A stretch of 64,000 nucleotides of DNA from an uncultured Pelagibacteraceae bacterium (GTDB lineage: Bacteria > Pseudomonadota > Alphaproteobacteria > Pelagibacterales > Pelagibacteraceae). Of this stretch, positions 1 through 11,549 are shown piece by piece. Both the position numbers and the translations under genes were made by a program. Position 1 is the stretch's first letter. The number at the start of each line of letters is the position of its first letter. A model generated the notes under the pieces. It worked only from the letters and a program-made list of their open reading frames with translations. It was not told the origin of the DNA and made no database searches. The stretch lies in assembly GCA_905616445.1 (NCBI GenBank), contig CAJQSV010000008.1, positions 2,533 to 66,532 on the forward strand, given 5' to 3'.

Positions 1-1
1 A

Positions 2-433
2 GAGTCATCCGATCCAGAAGTTTTAAAGGGTATTAACAGATTTACGGTAAATTTAGACGAGCAATATAAAATTATTAAAAAATTATCATTAAAAGGAATA
101 ATTATTAAATCTATGTTTATGTTTGGGAATCCTACCGACAATGAAACAACGATAAAAAATACTATTGATTATTCAATAGCTCTTCCAAACCAATTAGTTC
201 AATATAGTGTTTTTACACCTTATCCTGGAACACCAATATTCAAAAGTTATGAAAATAAAATAACTGAAAAGAAATATGAAAATTTTAACCAATACAACTT
301 AACTTATCAACACAACAATCTTAATAATGAAAAATTAGATAAACTAAAAAGTTATGGTTATAAAAAATTTTACTTAAATTTCAAAAGCATACCAATTGTA
401 CTAAAGTCAGTTTTAAGTCTTTTCAAAAATTAA
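2..433 (+). CDS. Radical SAM protein (probably B12-binding class), C-terminal part, truncated by window start
   Basis: Frame is open from base 2 (ESSDPEVLKGINR...SMFMFG...FTPYPGT); ES..FxxG..TPYPGT pattern is typical of radical SAM barrels. Confidence 0.7.
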   Translation, partial: ESSDPEVLKGINRFTVNLDEQYKIIKKLSLKGIIIKSMFMFGNPTDNETTIKNTIDYSIALPNQLVQYSVFTPYPGTPIFKSYENKITEKKYENFNQYNLTYQHNNLNNEKLDKLKSYGYKKFYLNFKSIPIVLKSVLSLFKN

Positions 434-439
434 TTTAAA

Positions 440-1264
440 ATGAAAAATTGTTTAATAACCGGAGGCACTTCAGGCCTAGGAATTGAATTAGTTAAAGTAT
501 TTCTCACAAATAATTATTTCGTACATATCATTGGAAAAAATAGAAAAAAATTTGACATTTTTACGCAGAACATAGATGTAGAACTAAAAAAAAAAGTATT
601 GTTTTATGAAATTGATTTATCAGAAATTCAAAATATAAAAAATTCTTTTGACAAAATTAAAATAATAAATATTAACGTATTAATAAATAATGCAGGTATT
701 ATTAATCTAAATAAAACGTTAAATTCTATGAACTTAGAAGAAACATTTGTCGTTAATTACTTGTCTCACTATTATCTAACAAATAAACTTATTGAAAGTT
801 CTTCTATAGTTAAAAAAGGGGTGATTGTTAATATATCGTCTTTTACGCACATTTTTTCTAACATGGATTTTAAAAATATTGACTTAAAAAAGAATTACAA
901 TGGCTGGTTTGCATATTTCAATACTAAGTTGATGAATATTTTATTTACCTACAAGTGTAATAATATTTTTAAAGAAATAAAAAGCATTGTTATCAATCCA
1001 GGTTGGATGAATACTAATTTTGGAAATAACAATAAATCAAAATTAAGAAATTTTATTTCATTCTTAAGAAATATGTTTTCAAAGGATCCGAAGGGTGTAG
1101 CACAAAAAATTTATGCAATTATAGACTATGATAATATAAGTAAAAATGATTGTTACTATATAGTTAATAAAAAAAAAAAAAGTTCTGCATTCTCTCACAA
1201 ACAAGAGGTCCAGAATATATTATGGAAAAAGTCTGAAGAATTATTAAGAAATGAAAAATTTTAA
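440..1264 (+). CDS. Short-chain dehydrogenase/reductase (retinol-DH/WWOX-like subgroup)
   Basis: TGGTSGLG, NNAG, FVVNYLSH, YxxxK (YFNTK), NPGWMNT. Confidence 0.85.
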   Translation: MKNCLITGGTSGLGIELVKVFLTNNYFVHIIGKNRKKFDIFTQNIDVELKKKVLFYEIDLSEIQNIKNSFDKIKIININVLINNAGIINLNKTLNSMNLEETFVVNYLSHYYLTNKLIESSSIVKKGVIVNISSFTHIFSNMDFKNIDLKKNYNGWFAYFNTKLMNILFTYKCNNIFKEIKSIVINPGWMNTNFGNNNKSKLRNFISFLRNMFSKDPKGVAQKIYAIIDYDNISKNDCYYIVNKKKKSSAFSHKQEVQNILWKKSEELLRNEKF

Positions 1265-3086
1265 TAATAAGATATTATTTTATTTTGGCTTATCTTTAAT
1301 CATTTTAATTTGCTCTTATATATGGAGTTTTATAAGTTTACCACTGAACGTTAATAAAAGTGCGGTTGGTGTTTTAGTATTAAAAAATATCAATCCATTT
1401 AATGATACTATTAGATATATTGTATTTATTTCAGTTCCTTTGTTCTACTACTTGCTAGTTAATCTTTTTAGTAAGACCGAAAAAACAATTAAAATTAAAG
1501 ATCTTTTAGTTCCAAGTTTTAATTACAACGATAATTTTAACTTTAAAGATATAAATATTATTTCAATATTTTTAATTGTTTTAATCTTTGTAGATTTTTT
1601 TTCAGCTAGCTATAAAATATATATTTTAGATGATGTCTTTCATGCCGGCGATCAATTAACACCGGCAATGAATTATTACACAAAGAAAGGTTTGTGGACC
1701 TCTTCTTTCACAGTTCATGGTGGATATGATTTTTATTTTCCGACCTTGGCTTGGAAAATTTTTAACACACAGTCTTTAGGAGCATATGAATTTTTAGATA
1801 ACATAAGTATTATAATTATAAAAATACTTTCAATAATACTTGTTTATTATTTGATAAAGTTTTTTAACTTCAAAAAAAAGAATAAAGTGCTATTTTTTTC
1901 AATTTTCAGCTTATTTATTTTATCTTTAAGTAACTTTAATTATATTACAGATCAACTAACATTTCGTGATATTTTTAGTTTAATTTTTTTAATTTTTTTT
2001 ATTCAATTACTTTTCAAAAAAAATAAATTTAAATTAAATTTTTTAGTTACACTTACTGTTTTTTTAGCAATAATTTCTAATGTTGATATTGGTTGTTATT
2101 TATTTTTTACTTTGTTTACCTACGCTATTTACTTAGCTTTATCAAAACAGTTTAAAGATATATTCCAAATAGTAAGTGTATTTTTATCTTTAATTTTAAT
2201 TTTTATATATATTTTTGGAATGGAAGAATTTAACGCAATGTTATTTCACCAGATAAATGTGATTAAAAACATTGATGCTGTACACGCACTGGAATATCCA
2301 CAACCTTTTTTTTCACTAGGTGAACAGCACGCATCTAGAGCAACTAAAGCTTTACTTCTTCAATTAGTTTCTGGTTTCATTATCGTCTCTTTAGTTTTTA
2401 ATAAAAAATATAAATATTCACAAAATCAAAAAATATTTTTAATTTTTTTATATATTTTATGTTTAGTAAGTTTTAAGAATGCACTTGGAAGATCTGATAG
2501 TTATCACATCAAAGCGTGTAGTGAATTTCAGTCAATTATAATATTTTTTTACATTCTAAATATTTTAGAAAAATTTTTAGAAAAAATCAAATTTATGAAA
2601 TTTGACAAATTTTTGTCACCTTTATTTTCGTCGGTGTTAATTTTTGTATTCATATTAAATGGAGCCAATTTAAAAAATATTTCTAGTTTTGCATTTGACG
2701 CTAAACAATTTGTTTTAGCAGGTGATAGTAGGTTTTTAACTAAGGAATATAATAAAAAAATTTCTTTGATTAGTGAAATATTTAAAGGAGAAAAGTGTAT
2801 CCAAAATTTTTCTACAGAACTTTTAATACCATATCTTTTAAAAAAACCATCATGTACAAAGTATTTTTCTTCTTGGTTGGCAAGTGGGTATGAGACTCAA
2901 ATGGATTATATTAAACGTTTGAAAGTAGTCGCCCCAGAATTAATTCTATATGAGGCACCAGGCTATAATGTTGACGGAATAGATACTAAAATAAGATTAA
3001 AACACGTTAACAAATATATACTAGAGAATTATAAAGAATATTATTCCCATGAAGGTACAAAAATTTTTAAAATAAGAAAACAATAG
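1251..3086 (+). CDS. Large polytopic membrane protein, possible GT-C-like surface-modification enzyme
   Basis: About 12 or more hydrophobic segments, a DDVFHAGD..HGG loop after early TMs, soluble C-terminal domain; function is inference. Confidence 0.5.
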   Translation: MKNFNNKILFYFGLSLIILICSYIWSFISLPLNVNKSAVGVLVLKNINPFNDTIRYIVFISVPLFYYLLVNLFSKTEKTIKIKDLLVPSFNYNDNFNFKDINIISIFLIVLIFVDFFSASYKIYILDDVFHAGDQLTPAMNYYTKKGLWTSSFTVHGGYDFYFPTLAWKIFNTQSLGAYEFLDNISIIIIKILSIILVYYLIKFFNFKKKNKVLFFSIFSLFILSLSNFNYITDQLTFRDIFSLIFLIFFIQLLFKKNKFKLNFLVTLTVFLAIISNVDIGCYLFFTLFTYAIYLALSKQFKDIFQIVSVFLSLILIFIYIFGMEEFNAMLFHQINVIKNIDAVHALEYPQPFFSLGEQHASRATKALLLQLVSGFIIVSLVFNKKYKYSQNQKIFLIFLYILCLVSFKNALGRSDSYHIKACSEFQSIIIFFYILNILEKFLEKIKFMKFDKFLSPLFSSVLIFVFILNGANLKNISSFAFDAKQFVLAGDSRFLTKEYNKKISLISEIFKGEKCIQNFSTELLIPYLLKKPSCTKYFSSWLASGYETQMDYIKRLKVVAPELILYEAPGYNVDGIDTKIRLKHVNKYILENYKEYYSHEGTKIFKIRKQ

Positions 3087-3125
3087 GCACAAAGTGTCTA
3101 AGTTAAGTTCTCAACGTTCAGTTAA

Positions 3126-3323
3126 TTAAAAATTATTATTACCCTTAGTCGAAATGTGACCTAAGATTTTTCCTTTATTAGGTCCTTTTTTGATCCTGTA
3201 ACCGGTTGTGCCATTGCCATAAGCTTCAACGGCAGTTTTTCTTTTTTCAATCGCCTTTTCTTTTTGATTATTTATGTGTTGATTCTTAATCGTCTTCATT
3301 AGGTGGTCTTTGATCTTAAGCAT
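3126..3323 (-). CDS. Small basic hypothetical protein
   Basis: 65-aa ORF with GAGG SD-like motif upstream on the minus strand. Confidence 0.65.
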   Translation of the reverse strand: MLKIKDHLMKTIKNQHINNQKEKAIEKRKTAVEAYGNGTTGYRIKKGPNKGKILGHISTKGNNNF

Positions 3324-3454
3324 AGGTTTACCTCACTGTTAAAGTTTACCTACTTTTAACTCATGTAGATGAGTCACTTTTGATCCATGTGAATGGCGCA
3401 CTTGTTTTATAAGTGCAGAATAACTATAGCTTCAATAATAGAATAGTCAATATT

Positions 3455-4006
3455 ATGAAAAAGCAAAAAACTCTTATATTCTTGTTTTTTTTACTTTTTT
3501 GCAGCTCTGCCTGTGCAAATACTAAAGTTATCACTGCTTTGAAAGAAGGTGGTAAATTAATATTTATCAGACATGCCCACGCACCTGGAGGGGGAGATCC
3601 TGATAATTTTAATATTACAGATTGCTCCACACAGAGAAATCTAGACGTAACAGGTATTAACCAAGCTAAGCGTATTGGTAAATTTTTTAAAGCTAATAAA
3701 ATTTCTATTGATTTAATCCTTTCAAGTGAATGGTGTAGATGTAAAGATACGGCAAAAAGTGCTTTCGAAAGTTATAAAACCTTTAATGCCTTAAATTCTT
3801 TCTTTTCTTCAGAATTTGCAAAAAACAGAGACAAACAAATGAAGGAATTAAAATCTTTTGTTAAAAGCTGGAATAGTAAAAAAAACATAGTTTTTATAAC
3901 CCATTATGTTGTTATTTCAGAAGTACTTAATACTAATGTAAGTTCTGGGACGATTATAGTTGCGGATAAAAACTTTAAAGTGATAGGAACTATAGAAACA
4001 AATTAA
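3455..4006 (+). CDS. Histidine phosphatase (phosphoglycerate mutase-like) family, probably exported
   Basis: RHA motif, SSEWCRCKDTA, second His (ITH); N-terminal signal-like stretch; ATG at 3455 preferred over GTG 3413. Confidence 0.8.
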   Translation: MKKQKTLIFLFFLLFCSSACANTKVITALKEGGKLIFIRHAHAPGGGDPDNFNITDCSTQRNLDVTGINQAKRIGKFFKANKISIDLILSSEWCRCKDTAKSAFESYKTFNALNSFFSSEFAKNRDKQMKELKSFVKSWNSKKNIVFITHYVVISEVLNTNVSSGTIIVADKNFKVIGTIETN

Positions 4007-4008
4007 TT

Positions 4009-4755
4009 ATGAACAAAATTGATTTAAACAACCGAACAGCGATTGTAACTGGTGGAGCCCAAGGTTTTGGATTGGCAATAACAAAAAGATTTTTAGAATC
4101 TGGTGCAGAAGTAATTATATGGGATATTGACAAAGCTTCTATTGACAACACGATGCAGACCTTGAAAGGCAAAAAAATTAGTTTTCAAATAGTTGATGTA
4201 TCTAATTATGACAATATTCTAAAGAATATCAATTTAATAACTAAAGATAAAAAAATCGATATTTTTATTAACAACGCTGGTGTAGCTGGAAATAATGAAA
4301 AAGTTTGGGAGTATCCAAATGAAGAGTGGCACAGAGTTGTAAATTTAAATCTAAATTCAGTTTTTTTTTGTTGTAAGTCTATCGTACCACATATGATTAA
4401 AAATAATTATGGTAGGATTATAAATGTATCTTCAGTAGCTGGGAAAGAAGGGAACCCTAATGCATGTGCCTATAGTTCTGCTAAAGCAGCTGTAATTGCT
4501 TTCACAAAATCACTAGGAAAAGAATTAGCAGAAAAAAATATCGCAGTAAATTGTATAACGCCAGCGGCTGGGAAAACTAAAATATTAGAGCAGTCTACTA
4601 CAGCACACGTAAATTATATGTTATCAAAAATTCCCAGAAACAGATTGCTCGAAGTTAACGAACTAGCTTCTATGGTAGCTTGGCTAGCTTGTGAAGAGAA
4701 TTCATACGCAACAGCAGCTACTTTCGATTTAAGCGGTGGAAGAGCTACTTACTAA
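4009..4755 (+). CDS. SDR oxidoreductase (FabG-like; resembles 2-keto-3-deoxy sugar-acid dehydrogenases)
   Basis: TGGAQGFG, NNAG, YSSAK, C-terminal DLSGGRATY. Confidence 0.85.
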   Translation: MNKIDLNNRTAIVTGGAQGFGLAITKRFLESGAEVIIWDIDKASIDNTMQTLKGKKISFQIVDVSNYDNILKNINLITKDKKIDIFINNAGVAGNNEKVWEYPNEEWHRVVNLNLNSVFFCCKSIVPHMIKNNYGRIINVSSVAGKEGNPNACAYSSAKAAVIAFTKSLGKELAEKNIAVNCITPAAGKTKILEQSTTAHVNYMLSKIPRNRLLEVNELASMVAWLACEENSYATAATFDLSGGRATY

Positions 4756-4769
4756 TTTTAAAAAATTTT

Positions 4770-5153
4770 ATGAAAAAAAAAAATCTTAATGGGATAGCAG
4801 CATTACTGGTACACGTTGCAAATATCGACGAGACTTATACTGAAAAAGAAAAAGAAATCATAAAAAGTTTTATTAGTTCTTTTTCTTATAATGAGAGTGA
4901 GTGTGAAAGTATTCTAAAAGAAGCAGAACAACTGGAGTCAGATTCAATACAATTGCTTAGCTTTACAAATTTAATTAAAAAAGAATCATTAGAAATAAAA
5001 ACTGAGATTATGGAGCATTTGTGGAAAATTATTATTTCTGACAAAAGCGTAGATCAATACGAATCAAGCCTTATGAGACGAATCTGCGGTTTAATTTATT
5101 TTCCAGATAAATTATCTGGTGATATAAAACTTAAAATTCTAAATCAGCAATAA
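4770..5153 (+). CDS. TerB family protein
   Basis: AALLVHVA.IDE.Y.EKE...LWKIIISD....YE..LMRRICGL pattern. Confidence 0.8.
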   Translation: MKKKNLNGIAALLVHVANIDETYTEKEKEIIKSFISSFSYNESECESILKEAEQLESDSIQLLSFTNLIKKESLEIKTEIMEHLWKIIISDKSVDQYESSLMRRICGLIYFPDKLSGDIKLKILNQQ

Positions 5154-5160
5154 ATTTTAT

Positions 5161-5202
5161 ATTAAGCGCCAAACTCGAAAATATCGAAGATAAGCGCTTA
5201 AT
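5161..5202. terminator. Inverted repeat between convergent terB-like gene and katG
   Basis: ATTAAGCGC...GCGCTTAAT 9-bp arms flanked by A/T-rich runs. Confidence 0.55.
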
Positions 5203-5216
5203 TGAATTTTATATAA

Positions 5217-7394
<2,178 letters not shown>

Positions 7395-7473
7395 TTAATA
7401 ATATATATAATGGTAACACTATATTGACATAAGATATAATTATATTTAATTATATACAATATAACTTTTACTT

Positions 7474-8355
7474 ATGATAAATATATCAGCAAAACAACTT
7501 AGATACTTCCTTGCGGTCGCTAAACAAAAAAATTTTCAAAAAGCAGCTGATGAATGCGCAATTTCACAGCCAGCCTTATCTATGAAAATCAAAGAACTTG
7601 AAGGCATACTTGGTCAACTTATTGAAAGAGGAAGTAAGAAATTTTATTTAACTCAAACTGGACAAGCTTTAGTTAATAAAGCAGAAAATATTATCCAGTC
7701 TTTTGATGACCTTAAGCACTTAGCAAATAAAGGGGATGGCATTAATCAATTATCTATTGGTGCAATTCCAACAGTCGCTCCTTATTTGCTGCCCAAAATT
7801 ATTAAAACTATTTCCAAACAATATAAAGATATTGTAATTGAACCTAAAGAAGCCGTTACAGATAAATTAGTTTCCTATTTAATTACTGGAAAAATAGACT
7901 TAGCTATTTTAGCTCTTCCAACTTATGAACCTTTATTAACCGAGACACCTCTTTTTGAAGAAGAATTTTTATTAATTCGTCATATAAACGATGCAAATAA
8001 ACCTGTGCCAAATAATAAAGAACTAACAAATATGAAACTACTGTTATTAGAAGAAGGACATTGTTTAAGAAGTCAGACACTGTCTTTTTGTAAAGTAACT
8101 TCTGTACCAAAAAATATTATGGAAGGCACCACACTAACAACATTAGTTCAAATGGTTAGTTCAGGTATTGGTGTAACATTAATTCCTGAAATAGCCGTAC
8201 CTTTCGAAACAAGTTCGGCTAAAGTTTCAATTAGTAAATTTCAACAACAAAAACCAAAACGAACTATAGGGCTAGTTTGGAGAAAATCTAATCCACTTAC
8301 TCGACAATTCAATGAAGTTGCCTCAATATTAAAAAACTTAAATAAATTAAATTAA
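7474..8355 (+). CDS. oxyR: H2O2-sensing LysR regulator OxyR
   Basis: LysR HTH (ISQPALS), EEGHCLR...C redox Cys pair, divergent from katG. Confidence 0.93.
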   Translation: MINISAKQLRYFLAVAKQKNFQKAADECAISQPALSMKIKELEGILGQLIERGSKKFYLTQTGQALVNKAENIIQSFDDLKHLANKGDGINQLSIGAIPTVAPYLLPKIIKTISKQYKDIVIEPKEAVTDKLVSYLITGKIDLAILALPTYEPLLTETPLFEEEFLLIRHINDANKPVPNNKELTNMKLLLLEEGHCLRSQTLSFCKVTSVPKNIMEGTTLTTLVQMVSSGIGVTLIPEIAVPFETSSAKVSISKFQQQKPKRTIGLVWRKSNPLTRQFNEVASILKNLNKLN

Positions 8356-8795
8356 TGGAAGCAGTAAAAAAATTTAATTGGTCTTGTAAGCGTACTTGGA
8401 AAAGTAGTGCAAAAAATACTATGTGGTGTGTTGTAGGTTGTTCGATTGGTGATTTTGGTACAATATTATTTTTTCAATTAAGTGAAATATCTTTGCCTGT
8501 TATAGGAATTATGATTTTAGCAATTATAAATGGATTGCTTACTAGCATTGCACTTGAGACTATTATCTTAATGAGACAAAAATTTAATTTTACTAAAGCA
8601 TTACAAACAGCTTGTGGTATGAGTTTAATTTCAATGATAAGTATGGAGATTACGATGAATTTAACAGACTATTTTTTGACTGGTGGGGCCGTCCTTACCT
8701 GGTGGATTGTACCTGTTATGTTAACAGTAGGCTTTGTGACACCTTGGCCTTATAATTATTTTAGACTCAAAAAATACAACCAAGCATGTCATTAA
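8355..8795 (+). CDS. DUF4396-like membrane protein
   Basis: WCVVGCSIGD, SMISME, PYNY motifs; start overlaps the oxyR stop (TAATG). Confidence 0.75.
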   Translation: MEAVKKFNWSCKRTWKSSAKNTMWCVVGCSIGDFGTILFFQLSEISLPVIGIMILAIINGLLTSIALETIILMRQKFNFTKALQTACGMSLISMISMEITMNLTDYFLTGGAVLTWWIVPVMLTVGFVTPWPYNYFRLKKYNQACH

Positions 8796-8811
8796 AATGA
8801 ATAAATAATAT

Positions 8812-9297
8812 ATGTTTTTTAAAAGACTATTTTCTCGAAGCAATTTAAAGCTGAAAATTAATGATGGGGGCCGTGCTTTGGCCGGCTACAAAGGACAAGC
8901 AGGAGATTGTGTGGTGAGATCAATTGCGATTGTAACAGGTCTGCCTTATCAAAAAGTTTATGATGATTTGTTTAAAGCCAATGAAGAATTTAGAAATACA
9001 TCAAGAACAAAACTTGCAAGAAGTTTAAAACAAAGAAATGATAGCCCAAGGTCAGGAACACACCGCGTGGTATTAAAAAAGTACCTTGCCCAATTAGGTT
9101 TTCAGTGGACACCTACTATGTTTATAGCCCAAGGTTGCAAAGTACATTTAAAGAAAGAAGAACTGCCAAAAGGAACGCTTTTAGTTTCTTGTTCAAAACA
9201 TATCACCGTAGTTAAAGATGGTATTCTCCACGATACTCATGACTGTTCTAGAAATGGAACACGTTGCGTTTATGGTTACTGGACTAAAGCGAATTAA
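8812..9297 (+). CDS. Hypothetical protein with possible papain-like Cys-His-Asp triad
   Basis: GDCVVRSIAI...YQKVY, then SKHITVV and HDT; fold assignment is inference. Confidence 0.55.
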   Translation: MFFKRLFSRSNLKLKINDGGRALAGYKGQAGDCVVRSIAIVTGLPYQKVYDDLFKANEEFRNTSRTKLARSLKQRNDSPRSGTHRVVLKKYLAQLGFQWTPTMFIAQGCKVHLKKEELPKGTLLVSCSKHITVVKDGILHDTHDCSRNGTRCVYGYWTKAN

Positions 9298-9494
9298 TTA
9301 TTTTTAAAAGATTAAATAATTTAAAACTAAAATTTAATTTAGACAAAAAAATACCCAATTATGTACAGATGAGATAAAAATATTTTTCTCATGTACATAT
9401 CTGCTATAACTCACCTTTTAGTTGAGTCCGGTTACATTTAGTGTTTTTAGCTGTTAAACTTACTACTAATATTCATTAAATTTACGGAGGAAAC

Positions 9495-10469
9495 GTGAGA
9501 TATTTAAAAAAACCAATAACTCTGATATCTGCCCTAGTAATAATAGGTGCAATATTTTTTGTATTATCAAAAAAAGAAATTACAGTAGCAACAACCGAAG
9601 TCAAAATGGCAAGAGCCAATTGGGACACAGGCTATTTTCAAGCTGAAATCTACAAACAGGCATTAGAAAAAATGGGCTATAAGGTTACAGATGTAAAAAC
9701 TATGAAACCATCTGTTTTTTATCTAGCTGCAGCTGCAGGAGACTTGGATTTATGGGTTAATGGTTGGTTCAGCACCCATGATACTTACATCAAAGAAGCT
9801 AAAGGCAAAGTTAAAGCAGTTGGCAATGTAATGGCTAAAGGTGGTTTGCAAGGCTACTTAGTAGACAAAAAAACCGCTGATAAACTTGGCATCAAAAGTG
9901 TAATGGACATCAAGAAACATGCTAAGCAATTTGACTCAAATGGCGATGGAAAAGCAGACATGGTTGCTTGCCCTCCAGGTTGGGGATGTGAAAAAGTAAT
10001 TACTAAACAATTTGCTGAACTTGGTTTAGGTGACTTTATCAATCCAATACAAGCAGACTATTCAGCTTCTATGGCTGATGCAATTGCTAAATATAAAAAC
10101 GGGAAGTCTATTTTATTTTATACATGGACACCTAATTGGACGGTTGGCGCTCTAGAACTTGGTAAAGATGTTGTTTGGATAGAGGTTCCTTACAGCGAAA
10201 CTAAATCAGTTAAGGTACCTAATGCAACAAAATCTAAAATTAATATGGGTTTTGGTGCTGATGATATTCGTCCTGCAGCCAACACTAATTTTTTAAAAGC
10301 CAATCCTAAAGTTGAAAAAATGTTAAAAAAAGCATCTATTCCTTTAGCAGATGTAGCTGCACAGAATATGAAGATGAATGCTGGCGAAAAATCTGAAAAA
10401 GCAATTAAGAAACATGCTTCTGCCTGGATAAAAGCTAATCAAAGTACTTTTGACAGTTGGGTAAAATAA
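9495..10469 (+). CDS. proX: Glycine betaine/proline ABC transporter substrate-binding protein
   Basis: GGAGG SD then GTG; WVNGW, QGYLVDKKTA, ACPPGWGC, YTWTPNW. Confidence 0.88.
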   Translation: MRYLKKPITLISALVIIGAIFFVLSKKEITVATTEVKMARANWDTGYFQAEIYKQALEKMGYKVTDVKTMKPSVFYLAAAAGDLDLWVNGWFSTHDTYIKEAKGKVKAVGNVMAKGGLQGYLVDKKTADKLGIKSVMDIKKHAKQFDSNGDGKADMVACPPGWGCEKVITKQFAELGLGDFINPIQADYSASMADAIAKYKNGKSILFYTWTPNWTVGALELGKDVVWIEVPYSETKSVKVPNATKSKINMGFGADDIRPAANTNFLKANPKVEKMLKKASIPLADVAAQNMKMNAGEKSEKAIKKHASAWIKANQSTFDSWVK

Positions 10470-10486
10470 GCAAGTAGATCAGAACA

Positions 10487-11338
10487 GTGAGTTTAAAATT
10501 AGCACCTTCTGATTACGAAATCTATTTACCTATAGCTGAATGGATTGAAAAAAATATTAAAGAGTGGTTGTTTATGCAACGACCACTCTTTAAAAAAATT
10601 TCTTCTCCTATTGATACAGTTTTAAGCAGTTTAGAATATTTATTTAATATAATTCCATTTCCCGTTGCTATTTTAATATTTATTTACTTTGCTTATAAAA
10701 CTAACGGCTTTAAATTTGCGGTTATGACGGTCATTGGTCTAGTTTTTATTGATCTCGTAGATCTTTGGTCGGAATCTATGACTACGCTTGCAATGATTTT
10801 TACAGCTGTCATTTTTTGCATAATTATAGGTATACCTTTAGGAATTCTTTGTTCTAGAAGTAAAATACTTGAAACAATAATGAGACCAATATTAGATGTA
10901 ATGCAAACCATTCCAAGCTTTGTATATTTAATTCCTGTTGTTATGCTCTTTGGGATAGGACTAACACCTGGAGTAATTGCTACGATAATATTTGCGCTTC
11001 CACCCATTATTCGATTTACCAATCTAGGAATTAGACAAGTAGGAAAAAGTTTTAAAGAGGCTGGATCAAGCCTAGGTTTAACGAAGTTATTAATACTAAT
11101 AAAAATTGAAATTCCTTTGGCACTTAAAACTATAATGGCAGGGATAAACCAAACACTAATGCTGTCTTTATCTATGGTTGTAATTGCTGCGTTAATTGGT
11201 GCAGGAGGATTAGGACTTACGGTTTATGTTGCTTTAGGAAGATTAGATATTGGATCTGCAGTAATTGGAGGAACTGGTATTGTTATTTTAGCAATTATAT
11301 TAGATAGAATTACCCAAAAGCTTGCAAACACTAAGTAA
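10487..11338 (+). CDS. proW: Glycine betaine/proline ABC transporter permease
   Basis: RPILDVMQTIPSFVYLIP, EAA-like loop, AGINQT..LSLSMVVIAALIGAGGLG. Confidence 0.9.
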   Translation: MSLKLAPSDYEIYLPIAEWIEKNIKEWLFMQRPLFKKISSPIDTVLSSLEYLFNIIPFPVAILIFIYFAYKTNGFKFAVMTVIGLVFIDLVDLWSESMTTLAMIFTAVIFCIIIGIPLGILCSRSKILETIMRPILDVMQTIPSFVYLIPVVMLFGIGLTPGVIATIIFALPPIIRFTNLGIRQVGKSFKEAGSSLGLTKLLILIKIEIPLALKTIMAGINQTLMLSLSMVVIAALIGAGGLGLTVYVALGRLDIGSAVIGGTGIVILAIILDRITQKLANTK

Positions 11339-11518
11339 TTAAATAACTAGATTTAGTTTAAATAGAACTATGATCGTCGCAGCAAAGAAAGCAAAGAACC
11401 CAAGCCAGTAAAGTATCAGAGTAGCCCAACTACCTTTAGCTATGCCTTTCCATGGCATGAAAGTGTAAGCGGCCATAGTAACTAAAATTAAAAATAATAA
11501 AATATTTGTTAAACTCAT
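11339..11518 (-). CDS. Unlisted 59-aa two-TM small protein
   Basis: Hand translation MSLTNILLFLILVTMAAYTFMPWKGIAKGSWATLILYWLGFFAFFAATIIVLFKLNLVI*; fills the gap and its stop abuts the proW stop. Confidence 0.7.
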   Translation of the reverse strand: MSLTNILLFLILVTMAAYTFMPWKGIAKGSWATLILYWLGFFAFFAATIIVLFKLNLVI

Positions 11519-11549
11519 TTTAAGATGTACTTATATTAATAAATGAAAA

